DNA of 64,000 bases from an uncultured Alphaproteobacteria bacterium (GTDB lineage Bacteria > Pseudomonadota > Alphaproteobacteria > RF32 > CAG-239), in contig CALXTD010000005.1 in assembly GCA_944391315.1 (NCBI GenBank), positions 2,523 through 66,522 on the forward strand. The letters are read 5' to 3'. The notes under the pieces were generated by a model that searched no databases, had not been told where the DNA came from, and saw only the letters and a list, made by a program, of their open reading frames with translations. A program made the position numbers and the translations under genes. This document shows, one piece after another, positions 1 through 11,389 of the stretch (position 1 is its first letter; each line of letters opens with the position of its first letter).

Positions 1-253
1 GCGTTCCATCCGGCAGCTTTAACATCTGCAAAACCGTGGCCAGTGTTCCCACATGATAAACATCATCGCTTTTCGGATCTTCTACCGAAGCATCTTTCTG
101 CGTGAGCAAGATGATATTATCATCCGTATCGACCACTTCCTGCAACGCACTGATTGACTTTCCTCTTCCGACAAACAAAGGAACAATCATTTTCGGATAA
201 ACGACAATATCACGTAACGGAAGCACCGGATGAATTTCTTTTTTAGCAGCCAT
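1..253 (-). CDS. lon: Lon protease, N-terminal part (partial; gene continues left of the window)
   Basis: Own minus-strand translation from ATG at 253 gives MAAKKEIHPVLPLRDIVVYPKMIVPLFVGRGKSISALQEVV...VGTLATVLQMLKLPDGT, the typical Lon N-domain opening. It is absent from the ORF track because there is no stop inside the window. Confidence 0.8.
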   Translation of the reverse strand, partial: MAAKKEIHPVLPLRDIVVYPKMIVPLFVGRGKSISALQEVVDTDDNIILLTQKDASVEDPKSDDVYHVGTLATVLQMLKLPDGT

Positions 254-399
254 AATACCCTCGATTCTGAGATGAAACGAACCATAATGATTATATAAGC
301 CCTCCTCTCATATGATGCAAGAGGGCAAGACACAGAATGGCACAGAAGAAAGATTCGGGCAAACGCCAAAACCGTTTAATCCACAGTCATAAAAAAAGA

Positions 400-771
400 T
401 TACATTTTATTGACAAACGACTGCATTTTTAACAAAGCCTGTTGATATTTTTGATACAAGGTTGAACGATGATGCTTAAACCTGACACACAATAACTTCC
501 AAGAAACATTGCACGAGCGCTTCCACACCAATTTAGTTTCAAAAGCATTAAGGCACTGATACCAATCCAAAATTCTTTCCATACGAGAGATTTCTTCCGG
601 CGTCGGCCGATAATAATAAGATTGCAGCTTTTGCGCCGAAACTTCTTCTGACGTATAGATTAATCTCGGCCAAGAAGATCGACACTTCTGCACCCGAACC
701 GGCGGTAAAAAACGCATAACAAATGCCGCAAAGACCAAGTCCTTTTTCAAACTTTCCAAACTTTTACGCAT
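400..771 (-). CDS. hypothetical protein (possible phage-type regulator, C-terminal HTH-like segment)
   Basis: 123-aa ORF with an ATG start, same strand and operon-like spacing with 785..1216. No motif I can name with confidence. Confidence 0.5.
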   Translation of the reverse strand: MRKSLESLKKDLVFAAFVMRFLPPVRVQKCRSSWPRLIYTSEEVSAQKLQSYYYRPTPEEISRMERILDWYQCLNAFETKLVWKRSCNVSWKLLCVRFKHHRSTLYQKYQQALLKMQSFVNKM

Positions 772-784
772 AACAAAAAAATCC

Positions 785-1216
785 TTAGCTTAAAACATTT
801 AACTTTGAAACTTTTGCCACCATTTTATCTATCCGGCGCAAGATGTCAGAACTCAAATTTCGCTTTAACACGGCAGAATAAAAATGCGGTGTCTGAAGCA
901 CTTTCAGAGTCACCGCAATCAAAGCCTTTCGCTGCCAAAAGCGATAATCAAACCCAGTCAAATCACACCACCGCATAAAATCTCTGTAATTTTTGCTCTT
1001 TTTATCAAAAAAGAAATGATAAGCCCCCAACCGACAATATTTATAATAAATATCGTTCTTAGTTTTTTCCCACGGAAAAACATCCATCACAATGTCTAAA
1101 GTCAAATCATCGATTAAACGTTCAAAAATCGCATGAACCAAGTTCAAATACGGACAAGTATAAACCATCAAATTGCGGTTATCTTCATCATCCGGTTCTT
1201 TTTTCTTTCTACCCAT
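785..1216 (-). CDS. hypothetical protein
   Basis: 143-aa ORF with an ATG start, divergent from the CI-like repressor gene. No recognisable motif. Confidence 0.5.
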   Translation of the reverse strand: MGRKKKEPDDEDNRNLMVYTCPYLNLVHAIFERLIDDLTLDIVMDVFPWEKTKNDIYYKYCRLGAYHFFFDKKSKNYRDFMRWCDLTGFDYRFWQRKALIAVTLKVLQTPHFYSAVLKRNLSSDILRRIDKMVAKVSKLNVLS

Positions 1217-1426
1217 AGCAACTCACCTAAATAAATCAGTTAAGATTTAAAGTCCAAGTCGAAAAAAAGTCCGTGATAGTCAAAAAAATTATCTGATAGC
1301 TCTTTAAAATTCAAAAAGAAGAAATAAATAAAAAGAATAAAAAATTCAGATAACGAATAAATAATATTCTGAATTTAAATTTAAGTCAACGCCACAATAA
1401 GAGTTATCCTCAAGAAAAATTATTAT

Positions 1427-1455
1427 TTGACAAGAAGATATCTCTAAAATAACTT
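1427..1455 (+). promoter_or_regulatory. candidate sigma70-type promoter of the repressor gene
   Basis: TTGACA at 1427-1432, 17-nt spacer, TAACTT at 1450-1455, about 30 nt upstream of the ATG at 1488. The -10 element is weak. Confidence 0.3.
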
Positions 1456-1487
1456 AAAACAAACAACAAACTGTCGGGAAAAAAAAC

Positions 1488-2090
1488 ATGAATAATATTC
1501 GCCGCCTAAGAGAAAAAAAACACCTCACTGCCAAAGAGCTTGGCCAAGCAATCGGAAAATCACAACCCACCATCTGCAAATGGGAAAAAGCCCCATCATT
1601 GCGCTATGAACACGCAAAGCTGATTGCAGATTATTTTAAGGTTCCGGTCTATGAAGTCATAGGCGAAAAGCCGGAACAATACCTTGAAGACATAAGACAA
1701 GACATGGTCTCTATTGACATCATAAATCTTCAAAAAGGCAGCTCAAAAATTCTCGGCAGACAGCTCATGCCGGCCACTATTTTAAAAGAATATACCACCA
1801 CTGCCCCCGAAAGCATTAAAATCATAAAAATAGACAGCGAAGCCATGAAACCCACCATCAGCCCCAATGACATGGTTTGGGTTGACACCGCCTGCAAATC
1901 ACCTGACAGTGACGGCATTTACCTATTGAATATCGGTGATAAACCTACGCTTAAAAGAATACAAATAAAACCTCTGGAAAATTCCGCCGTCATAAAATCT
2001 GACAACCCGCAATACGGCAGCTTTGACTATGATGACTACCGTCGCATAAAAGTATTGGGCAAAGTTATTTTTCATATTCAAAAACTCTAA
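1488..2090 (+). CDS. CI/LexA-like repressor: XRE-family HTH plus S24 peptidase domain (Ala at the catalytic Ser position)
   Basis: N-terminal LREKKHLTAKELGQAIGKSQPTICKWEK is an XRE HTH. C-terminal IDSEAMKPTISPNDMVWVD...PTLKRIQ matches the S24 G-x-S-M-x-P...K-R pattern. Confidence 0.8.
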   Translation: MNNIRRLREKKHLTAKELGQAIGKSQPTICKWEKAPSLRYEHAKLIADYFKVPVYEVIGEKPEQYLEDIRQDMVSIDIINLQKGSSKILGRQLMPATILKEYTTTAPESIKIIKIDSEAMKPTISPNDMVWVDTACKSPDSDGIYLLNIGDKPTLKRIQIKPLENSAVIKSDNPQYGSFDYDDYRRIKVLGKVIFHIQKL

Positions 2091-2172
2091 TCCTGTGGAT
2101 AAGGGAATTGATTTTAATTCCTAAAATTGGTACGATTTATTCGTTTTCTGAATATTTGAAAAGGACGCGAAT

Positions 2173-2484
2173 ATGAATAAGATTTCGACGGACTATTTTG
2201 CTTTTCCGGCCGTAAATAGCCTAAAAAAAGCTTATAAAGAATATATCAATAAAAACAACAACCCCTATCTCCAACATTTTATGCCCGAAGAAGAAGAATT
2301 ACTCATTGATGAAGAACGAAAAATCGTTATTCCGCTCAGCAAAGAAGACCAGCACCGCGAAGCCGAAATGGAACTCTTATATGATAACGACGGCTGGTTT
2401 GATGAACTCGTGCATGACAGCCCGCTAAGAGAAGACGTTACCGAAGTCATCAGAACAATATTAAAAGACTTTAGCTGCCATTAA
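2173..2484 (+). CDS. hypothetical acidic protein
   Basis: 103-aa ORF with ATG start and a GGA-rich RBS region, followed by a hairpin terminator. Confidence 0.45.
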   Translation: MNKISTDYFAFPAVNSLKKAYKEYINKNNNPYLQHFMPEEEELLIDEERKIVIPLSKEDQHREAEMELLYDNDGWFDELVHDSPLREDVTEVIRTILKDFSCH

Positions 2485-2513
2485 AAAAATCGGCTCTTAG
2501 AGCCGATTTTCTT
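2484..2513. terminator. bidirectional rho-independent terminator (shared by 2173..2484 and atpC)
   Basis: The hairpin aaaaaaatcggctc-tta-gagccgattttctttt has an A-run on one side and a T-run on the other. Confidence 0.6.
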
Positions 2514-2522
2514 TTGATGCTC

Positions 2523-2894
2523 TTACTTGAAAGAAAGAGTGAACTCATCAATAATAACTTTGTAATAATCTTTAATTTCATCTGTCGCAGCTTTTTCATA
2601 ACACTGTTTAGCCTCTTCAAGCGTCATATCGTCATAAGCATGAACAATCTCTGCTTCAACACGGCAAACATCTTGCGCAATATCTGTCACACCGCCATGA
2701 ACAAAAAAACGACGAACAATATGATTATCCGCATCCAGAGCTTTTACCTGACCATTGCGCAACAAAAGATAGGTCGGAGCTCTATCAGGCAAAACTGTCA
2801 AATCGCCGGCCGCTGACGGAACAATAATCTTCGCGGCCTTAACTTCCGGAAATTCCGACATCGGACGAGAAATCTTCAACACAACAGTCATCAA
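2523..2894 (-). CDS. atpC: F1 ATP synthase subunit epsilon
   Basis: Last gene of the atpHAGDC order. The sequence IIVPSAAGDLTVLPDRAPTYLLLRNGQVK fits the epsilon beta-sandwich pattern. Confidence 0.88.
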   Translation of the reverse strand: MMTVVLKISRPMSEFPEVKAAKIIVPSAAGDLTVLPDRAPTYLLLRNGQVKALDADNHIVRRFFVHGGVTDIAQDVCRVEAEIVHAYDDMTLEEAKQCYEKAATDEIKDYYKVIIDEFTLSFK

Positions 2895-2965
2895 TCAAAC
2901 TCCTACATAACCGGCGCATCTCAGCTTTGCTATCCTCCCCCGAGATACGCCGACAAAATCTTAGA

Positions 2966-4546
<1,581 letters not shown>

Positions 4547-4565
4547 TTATAATAATTCAATAAAA

Positions 4566-5486
4566 CTAAATCGCCTCTGCACCGGAAATAATCTCGGTCA
4601 ACTCGGTTGTAATCGCAGATTGACGAATACCATTGTAGCGAAGCGTCAATTTTGAAATCATATCCGAAGCATTGCGTGTTGCATTATCCATCGAAGCCAT
4701 ACGCGCCCCCTGCTCTGAGGCTTGCGCCTGCACCAAAGCATTAAACATCTGGGCCTTAACCAACATAATCAACAAAGCATCAAGCAAAACCGTCTTTTCT
4801 GGCTCATAATCATAGAAAGCATCTCCGGCCATATTAATCGGAGTCTGAATCTCTTGAGCAGAAACTTCCGGAAACACAGCAGGCAAAAACGGACGAGACT
4901 TTGTTTCGCAACTGATTGCGGAGATAAAAAAGCTGCTGACGATTTCAATTTTATCATATTCACCAGCTTCAAAAGCTTTAAGAATAGGATGCAAAATTTC
5001 TACTGCTTCATCAAAATCAGCACCTTTGCGCGCAATTCCTTCATAAGATTGTACGATAAGCTCAGCATAACGACTTTTAAGAATATCGCGTGCTTTTTTA
5101 CCGATACAAATAAGCTTAACTGCTTTTCCCTCAGCCTCAAGCTCCTTAATGCGCTGACCGGCAGCTCGTGCAACATGAGCATTATAGCTGCCGCACAACC
5201 CTTTATCAGAAGAGATAACGATTAACAAATAGTTCTTATCTTCTCCCGTTCCGGTCAACAAAGCCGGAACATCAAAAGTAATACCTTTTGTCAGTTCGTC
5301 TTGCTTCAAATCAAAGGCAACGCGCTGCGCACCACGAAGCAAAGATTCGTAGTACGCAGAGCTTTTACCGATAAGACCTTGGGCACGACGCAAACCGGCA
5401 GCTGCCACCATCTTCATTGCTGAAGTAATTTTTTTGGTAGACTTAATCGCCTCAATGCGTGTCCTTAATTCTTTCAAGCCGGCCAT
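4566..5486 (-). CDS. atpG: F1 ATP synthase subunit gamma
   Basis: N-terminal MAGLKELRTRIEAIKSTKKITSAMKMVAAA and C-terminal ITTELTEIISGAEA are gamma hallmarks. Confidence 0.95.
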   Translation of the reverse strand: MAGLKELRTRIEAIKSTKKITSAMKMVAAAGLRRAQGLIGKSSAYYESLLRGAQRVAFDLKQDELTKGITFDVPALLTGTGEDKNYLLIVISSDKGLCGSYNAHVARAAGQRIKELEAEGKAVKLICIGKKARDILKSRYAELIVQSYEGIARKGADFDEAVEILHPILKAFEAGEYDKIEIVSSFFISAISCETKSRPFLPAVFPEVSAQEIQTPINMAGDAFYDYEPEKTVLLDALLIMLVKAQMFNALVQAQASEQGARMASMDNATRNASDMISKLTLRYNGIRQSAITTELTEIISGAEAI

Positions 5487-5495
5487 GATTATTCC

Positions 5496-7046
5496 TTACG
5501 CTGCTTGTTTTTGGTTAGCAAATTCCTGAGTATACTTTTCAAAGAAAGCTGTCAGCTTCTTGTCAAGCTCATCAGGAATCACCTTGGTGTTACGAATTTC
5601 TTCCAAAAACTCCGGATAGTTTGCTTTGATGTTAGCCAAAGCCTGAGCTTCAAAAGCTTTAACATCAGACACAGCTATCGAATCAAGAAAGCCGCGCACA
5701 CCGGCAAAAATAGAAACGACCTGATCTTCAACACTCATCGGATGATAAACCGGTTGCTTCAACAACTCAGTCAAACGCTCACCTCGAGCCAAGAGTTGCT
5801 TTGTTGCCGGATCCAAATCGGAAGCAAACTGAGCAAAGGCTGCCATTTCACGATATTGAGCCAAGTCAAGTTTAATTTTACCGGCCACCTGCTTCATTGC
5901 TTTAATCTGAGCGGCAGAACCAACACGGCTAACGGAAATACCAACATTAACCGCCGGACGTACGCCTTGATAAAACAGCGAGCTCTCCAAAAAGATCTGA
6001 CCATCCGTGATTGAAATAACATTTGTCGGAATATAGGCCGAAACGTCACCGGCTTGGGTTTCAATAACCGGCAAAGCGGTCAAAGAACCGGCCCCGAGCT
6101 CATCACTCATCTTAGCAGCACGTTCCAACAAACGAGAGTGCAGATAGAACACGTCTCCCGGATAAGCCTCACGCCCTGGCGGACGACGAAGAAGCAAAGA
6201 CATCTGACGATAAGCCGTAGCTTGCTTCGATAAGTCATCATAAAAGATAGTTGCATGCATTCCGTTATCACGGAAATACTCACCCATTGCACAACCTGAA
6301 TAAGGAGCAATATACTGCATCGGTGCCGGATCAGAAGCCGTTGCAGCAACCACAATGGTATAATCCATTGCACCATAGTCTTTCAAGGTTTGAACAACGC
6401 GAGCCACGGTTGAGCGCTTTTGCCCAACAGCAACATAGATGCAATACATTTTATCTTTTTCAGACTTTGCTGCATCATTAATTTTTTTCTGATTAATAAT
6501 GGTGTCTACGATAATAGAGGTTTTACCTGTCTGACGGTCACCAATGATTAATTCACGTTGCCCTCTTCCGATAGGGATAAGAGAGTCAACGATTTTCAAA
6601 CCGGTCTGAACAGGTTCATGAACACTACGGCGAGCAACAATACCCGGAGCTTTAATTTCAGAGTTGCTATACTCTTTTGCCTTAATGGCACCTTTGCCGT
6701 CTATGGGCTCACCCAAAGCATCGACCACACGCCCCAAAAGCTCTTTTCCAACCGGAACGCTCACGATTTTGTCAGTACGTCTAACCGTATCGCCCTCTTT
6801 AATATCATCATCGGAACCGAAGATAACAACACCGACATTATCCTCTTCCAAGTTAAGAGCCATACCTTTAACGCCGGATTCAAATTCAACCAATTCATTT
6901 GCCTGAACTTTATCCAAGCCATAGACATGGGCAATTCCGTCACCAACGGACAAAACCTTACCTACCTCAGCCATGTCAAGCGTCACTTTGGCATTAGTGA
7001 TTCTATCCTTAATGATGGAAGAAATTTCGCTGGCAACTACAGACAT
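5496..7046 (-). CDS. atpA: F1 ATP synthase subunit alpha
   Basis: Walker A GDRQTGKT is present, with alpha-subunit conservation throughout. Confidence 0.97.
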   Translation of the reverse strand: MSVVASEISSIIKDRITNAKVTLDMAEVGKVLSVGDGIAHVYGLDKVQANELVEFESGVKGMALNLEEDNVGVVIFGSDDDIKEGDTVRRTDKIVSVPVGKELLGRVVDALGEPIDGKGAIKAKEYSNSEIKAPGIVARRSVHEPVQTGLKIVDSLIPIGRGQRELIIGDRQTGKTSIIVDTIINQKKINDAAKSEKDKMYCIYVAVGQKRSTVARVVQTLKDYGAMDYTIVVAATASDPAPMQYIAPYSGCAMGEYFRDNGMHATIFYDDLSKQATAYRQMSLLLRRPPGREAYPGDVFYLHSRLLERAAKMSDELGAGSLTALPVIETQAGDVSAYIPTNVISITDGQIFLESSLFYQGVRPAVNVGISVSRVGSAAQIKAMKQVAGKIKLDLAQYREMAAFAQFASDLDPATKQLLARGERLTELLKQPVYHPMSVEDQVVSIFAGVRGFLDSIAVSDVKAFEAQALANIKANYPEFLEEIRNTKVIPDELDKKLTAFFEKYTQEFANQKQAA

Positions 7047-7600
7047 TATTGTCCACCTTTCATTATTGATTCCAAACGATTTAATTTTCCTTTGAGTGAA
7101 TCATCGATCATATCCGAACCGAAAGACACGGTCAGGCCGCCCAAAATTTCGGGCTTAATGACATAATTCACAAGGACATCTTTTTTAAGAAAAGCCTTAA
7201 GATTCTCTCTCAAAGCTTTGTCCTGAGCAACAGAAAGCTCTTTTACGGTTTCAACCGAAACCTCAACAATATTATGCTTTTGCAAATAAAGACTGCGATA
7301 AGCTTTCAAAATGAGTTCAAACTCGGAAAAACGATTATTTTCGGCCATAACATTAAGACAACGCAATATCTCGGGCGCCAATTTCAGCTTTCCGGCCACT
7401 TCTTTAAGAGCCGCCTTTTTATCATCGATTTCCCATAGCGGATTCGCAAGCATCACAATAGCCTGACGATACTCTGCGGCCTGATCCAACAACAAATCAA
7501 TGTCGCGAATAACGGCTTTTGCATCACCATCTTGCAAAGCTCCTTGGAAAAGAGCTTCGGCATAAGTTGTAGCAATTTTAATTTTAGATTCTTTTTTCAC
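7046..7600 (-). CDS. atpH: F1 ATP synthase subunit delta (OSCP)
   Basis: Position in the operon, and [12 protein letters not shown] near the N-terminus. I prefer the GTG at 7600 (184 aa) over the track start at 7678, which adds 26 atypical residues. The start remains uncertain. Confidence 0.8.
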   Translation of the reverse strand: MKKESKIKIATTYAEALFQGALQDGDAKAVIRDIDLLLDQAAEYRQAIVMLANPLWEIDDKKAALKEVAGKLKLAPEILRCLNVMAENNRFSEFELILKAYRSLYLQKHNIVEVSVETVKELSVAQDKALRENLKAFLKKDVLVNYVIKPEILGGLTVSFGSDMIDDSLKGKLNRLESIMKGGQ

Positions 7601-7782
7601 GAGCAAACTCTGAATACTGATTAGGTTAAATCTGCAAAGACTATAACCTAAAATTATTTCTATTTTATTAAGATTCATAAAATCGAAAATCGAAATTTCA
7701 ACTTACGCACAAGAAAACATCAAGTTTTAATAAAAATCATAATTTTAGGATAAAAAGAAAAGAATAAGATTTAACTTTTACA

Positions 7783-9969
7783 TTACATAAAGGAGTAAGG
7801 ATCAATATCCACCTCAACCCGCACCCGAGGAGAATGAGGCACGCGCGAAAGCCATGTCCGAATAACTTCTTGGATATTAATAGTTCGCGCGGTTTTGAGC
7901 AGCAAGCGAAAACGATATTTTCCGCGCAGCATAAATATTGGCGCCGGAGCCGGACCAAGCGTAGTAATCATATCGGTATTTGGGGCACATTTTCCAAGAG
8001 AAACGGCTGTTTTTTCAACCATATCCTGATTATCTCCGGAAACAATCAGCGCCGCTAATTTTCCAAAAGGCGGCAACTTAAGCAACCGCCGGCTCTGTTT
8101 TTCAAGCTCAATAAAAGAAGCACGATTATTGTCTAATAAGGCTTTCAAGACCGCATTTTCAGGATAAAGCGTTTGCAAATAGACCACACCTTTTTTGGCA
8201 CCGCGACCGGCACGACCAGATACCTGAGAAAGCAGCTGATAAGTCCGCTCTGAGGCGCGCAAGTCACTTCCCATCAACCCCAAATCCGCATCAACGATTC
8301 CCACCACGGTCAAACTCGGAAAATTATGCCCTTTGGCTAGAATTTGCGTTCCGATAAGAATGTCAATTTCATGATTTTCCATCTTGCGAATAACTTCCGA
8401 AACCTCGGAAAGAGTTGAGGTAATATCGCTGGACAAGATACCGATTCGAGCCATCGGGAAACGCTTTGAAACTTCTTCGGCAATCCGCTCTACCCCAGGG
8501 CCGCAAGCCGTAAGCCCCTCTTCGGAACCACAAGACGGACAGCGTGGCGGAATAGAAGTCGTATAACCGCAGTGATGGCAAATCAACGACTTTGTTTTAC
8601 GATGCTCAGTCAGCCAAGAAGTGCAGTTTGGACATTGGATTCGGTGGCCGCAATCACGACAGATTGTTAAAGGTGCATACCCTCGCCGATTCAAAAACAG
8701 CATAGACTGCCCGCCGATTTCAAGATTTTCGGCCAAAGCCTTAACCAAGCTCGGCGACAACCATGCCACCGACATTTGCCCTTTGTCATTCGGAAATTTC
8801 TGCGGCTTGTCTTTTTTCAAGTCGATAATTTTGACATCAGGCAAAACCGCTTCGGCAAAACGAGAGGTCAATTTAACGCTGTCATATTTTCCCGATTCGA
8901 CATTACAAATCGTTTCCAAATCCGGCGTCGCGGTAGATAAAATCAGCGGAATTTGCTCCATTTTGGCACGTACCACCGCCATATCACGCCCTTGATAGTT
9001 CACCACATCTTCTTGCTTGAACGACGCATCATGACTTTCATCAATCACAATCAGCCCCAAATCGGCATAAGGCAAAAATAAAGACGAGCGTGCCCCGACC
9101 ACAACCTTAGCCCGATTCTCAATAATTCCTTTCCATGTATCGATTCTCTCGCGTGTTCCCAAGGCCGAATGCCAGCAAGCCGGCTTAACACCAAACCGCT
9201 TTTCAAAACGACCAAGCCATTGCGTGGTTAAAGAAATTTCAGGCACCATGATCAAAACCTGCTTACCTTGCGCCAAGGCATCGGCCACGGCTTCAAAATA
9301 AACCTCGGTCTTACCCGAACCGGTCACTCCGTCAAGCAAAGTCACCGAAAACCCCTGCCCGACTTTTGAACAAAGCAAATCAGCAGCATCTTGCTGCTCA
9401 GATGTCAAATTCACTTTTGAAAAATCAGGATTCGGAGTACCAAAATCGCGTTTCAAGGCCACCACCTCCGGCTCCAAGACACCGGCATCAATCATGGTTT
9501 TAATCACCGCCTGCCCAACACCGGCACCTTTGGCAATTTCCGCACGCGTGTAAGGATAATGCCGCAACAAATCCATCACTCTCCAGCGCGCATCAGAGTT
9601 TTTAAGCTTCGCCTCGGCTAAAGTTTTGCCCGAAAGTTTGTAAAGCGTTGTTGTTTTCTCATCATCAAACACTGCTTTAACACTCAGCACCATTTTTAGC
9701 ACCAAGCCCAAATAAGCCATATTATAGCTTGCCACAAATGCCACAAATTTCATTAACTCGGCAGATAATGGCGGCATATCAATCTTAGAGATAATCGGCT
9801 TGATTTTTGCCAGCGGCAAATCCGAATTTTTACCAAGCTTCCAGACCACACCGACCAAAACCTCACGCCCAAACGACACACGAACCATCTCGCCGAGAAC
9901 CACATCGCCCTCGACTTGATAGTCAAACACATCATTAAACGGCAGCGGAAGCAAAACGCCGACAATCAT
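7783..9969 (-). CDS. priA: primosomal replication-restart helicase PriA
   Basis: Walker A GVTGSGKTEVY, a DESHD box, and the Cys-rich zinc module CRDCGHRIQCPNCTSWL...CHHCGY...CPSCGS. Confidence 0.93.
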   Translation of the reverse strand: MIVGVLLPLPFNDVFDYQVEGDVVLGEMVRVSFGREVLVGVVWKLGKNSDLPLAKIKPIISKIDMPPLSAELMKFVAFVASYNMAYLGLVLKMVLSVKAVFDDEKTTTLYKLSGKTLAEAKLKNSDARWRVMDLLRHYPYTRAEIAKGAGVGQAVIKTMIDAGVLEPEVVALKRDFGTPNPDFSKVNLTSEQQDAADLLCSKVGQGFSVTLLDGVTGSGKTEVYFEAVADALAQGKQVLIMVPEISLTTQWLGRFEKRFGVKPACWHSALGTRERIDTWKGIIENRAKVVVGARSSLFLPYADLGLIVIDESHDASFKQEDVVNYQGRDMAVVRAKMEQIPLILSTATPDLETICNVESGKYDSVKLTSRFAEAVLPDVKIIDLKKDKPQKFPNDKGQMSVAWLSPSLVKALAENLEIGGQSMLFLNRRGYAPLTICRDCGHRIQCPNCTSWLTEHRKTKSLICHHCGYTTSIPPRCPSCGSEEGLTACGPGVERIAEEVSKRFPMARIGILSSDITSTLSEVSEVIRKMENHEIDILIGTQILAKGHNFPSLTVVGIVDADLGLMGSDLRASERTYQLLSQVSGRAGRGAKKGVVYLQTLYPENAVLKALLDNNRASFIELEKQSRRLLKLPPFGKLAALIVSGDNQDMVEKTAVSLGKCAPNTDMITTLGPAPAPIFMLRGKYRFRLLLKTARTINIQEVIRTWLSRVPHSPRVRVEVDIDPYSFM

Positions 9970-10083
9970 AAAAAAAACCTCACAAAAAATTTATCAAAGT
10001 ATAAAACAAAAGAACCAAAGAACCAAGCGTAATCTCACTTTTCCGCAAACACTTTTTTAACCAAACCGAGATAGAATAAACTC

Positions 10084-11016
10084 ATGAAACAGGAAATAAA
10101 ATACAATACCGACAATGAGTTAAAAGCCAAGATTGAGAAATGGCTTGAAGAATTGAGCTCAGAACGCCGCTATTCACCGCACACGATTGATGCCTACGCG
10201 CGCGATTTGTCATTCTTTACCGAATTTTTTGAAACGCCGCTAAGCTTAAAAAAACTAAGCCGACTTGATGTCAAAGACTTCAGAGCTTATATCAGCCGTC
10301 GTGCAGCCAAACATTTAAGCAAAAGCTCTCTAGCGCGAGAAATCTCAACTCTAAGAAGTTTTTTTCGCTGGCTGGATAAAAATGATATTGTTAAAAACAC
10401 CGCCATTGATGTGATTAACTCCCCAAGGCAAGACAAGATACTTCCGCGTTCATTAGATGTTTCACAAGCTTTTGAACTATTGAATGAATCCCCCAACTTT
10501 TCAAAAAAGAGCTGGACAGGCCTCCGTGACCGCGCCATTTTCACATTACTTTACGGCTGCGGCCTACGAATATCAGAGGCCTTATCCCTAAATTTTGGTG
10601 ACATTGAGCCAAACACTCAGCTTTTAAGAATTACCGGTAAAGGCAATAAAACAAGATTAGTTCCGATACTTTCTGAGGTTATTGACACTATCACGGCTTA
10701 TATCAACGAATGCCCTTATAATTTTAACCAAGGAGATGCTTTATTTTTGGGCACGCGCGGCGAACGTCTAAGCCCACGCATAATACAGCGCCAAATGCAA
10801 AAGATAAGAGCTTATCTCGGTTTACCGGATAATTTGACGCCCCATGCCCTAAGGCATTCCTTTGCCACACATTTACTGGCCGAAGGCACTGACCTACGCT
10901 CAATTCAAGAGCTTTTGGGCCATGCCTCATTAACCACCACCCAGCGCTATACAGATGTTGAAATTGAAACCTTGCAAAAAGAATATCGCAAAGCACGGCT
11001 TCTTGATGAAGAATAA
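10084..11016 (+). CDS. xerC: tyrosine site-specific recombinase, XerC/XerD family
   Basis: HALRHSFATHLL...LGHASLTTTQRYT contains the R-H-R-Y catalytic signature. The LGHAS variant resembles XerC more than XerD, so the symbol is tentative. Confidence 0.8.
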   Translation: MKQEIKYNTDNELKAKIEKWLEELSSERRYSPHTIDAYARDLSFFTEFFETPLSLKKLSRLDVKDFRAYISRRAAKHLSKSSLAREISTLRSFFRWLDKNDIVKNTAIDVINSPRQDKILPRSLDVSQAFELLNESPNFSKKSWTGLRDRAIFTLLYGCGLRISEALSLNFGDIEPNTQLLRITGKGNKTRLVPILSEVIDTITAYINECPYNFNQGDALFLGTRGERLSPRIIQRQMQKIRAYLGLPDNLTPHALRHSFATHLLAEGTDLRSIQELLGHASLTTTQRYTDVEIETLQKEYRKARLLDEE

Positions 11017-11059
11017 CCTTCTTTATAAAAAATCCTAACCGGACAGCTAAGGTATAAAA

Positions 11060-11096
11060 ACAAAAAAAAGCCGGCGGAAAACATTTTCTCCACCGA
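11060..11096 (-). terminator. rho-independent terminator downstream of rpmG
   Basis: On the minus strand: cggtggagaaaatgttttccgccgg followed by a run of eight T residues. Confidence 0.5.
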
Positions 11097-11127
11097 CACT
11101 TTTCTTCACGAAAAAACAAACGAGAAA

Positions 11128-11295
11128 TTACTTTAACTTTTTCTCAACGAACTCTTCATGCTTTTTAGACTTCTTGTCATATTTTTTCAAAGTCAGTTTT
11201 TCAGGATGAGTTCTTGGATTTTTTTCAGCCAGATAAAAAGTGCCTGTACCGGCGGTGCTTTCCAATTTAACTTTAACTTTAACTGCTTTAGCCAT
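11128..11295 (-). CDS. rpmG: 50S ribosomal protein L33
   Basis: Own translation (55 aa, below the track cutoff): MAKAVKVKVKLESTAGTGTFYLAEKNPRTHPEKLTLKKYDKKSKKHEEFVEKKLK. Confidence 0.85.
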   Translation of the reverse strand: MAKAVKVKVKLESTAGTGTFYLAEKNPRTHPEKLTLKKYDKKSKKHEEFVEKKLK

Positions 11296-11389
11296 TTTCA
11301 ATACTCTTTTCTAAAAGATTACAAAACAAACATTTGAGCGTAATATACATAAAATTAGATGAATGTCAACCCTAATTTTGCAAAAAAGG

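Noticed and set aside
187-369. 60-aa ORF overlapping the lon start
   Set aside because: It is in a different frame from the clearly recognisable Lon N-terminus and has no RBS or motif.
254-2484. Intact prophage or integrative element next to lon
   Set aside because: No integrase, terminase, capsid or tail genes and no flanking direct repeats are visible. At most it is a remnant (reported as a low-interest finding).
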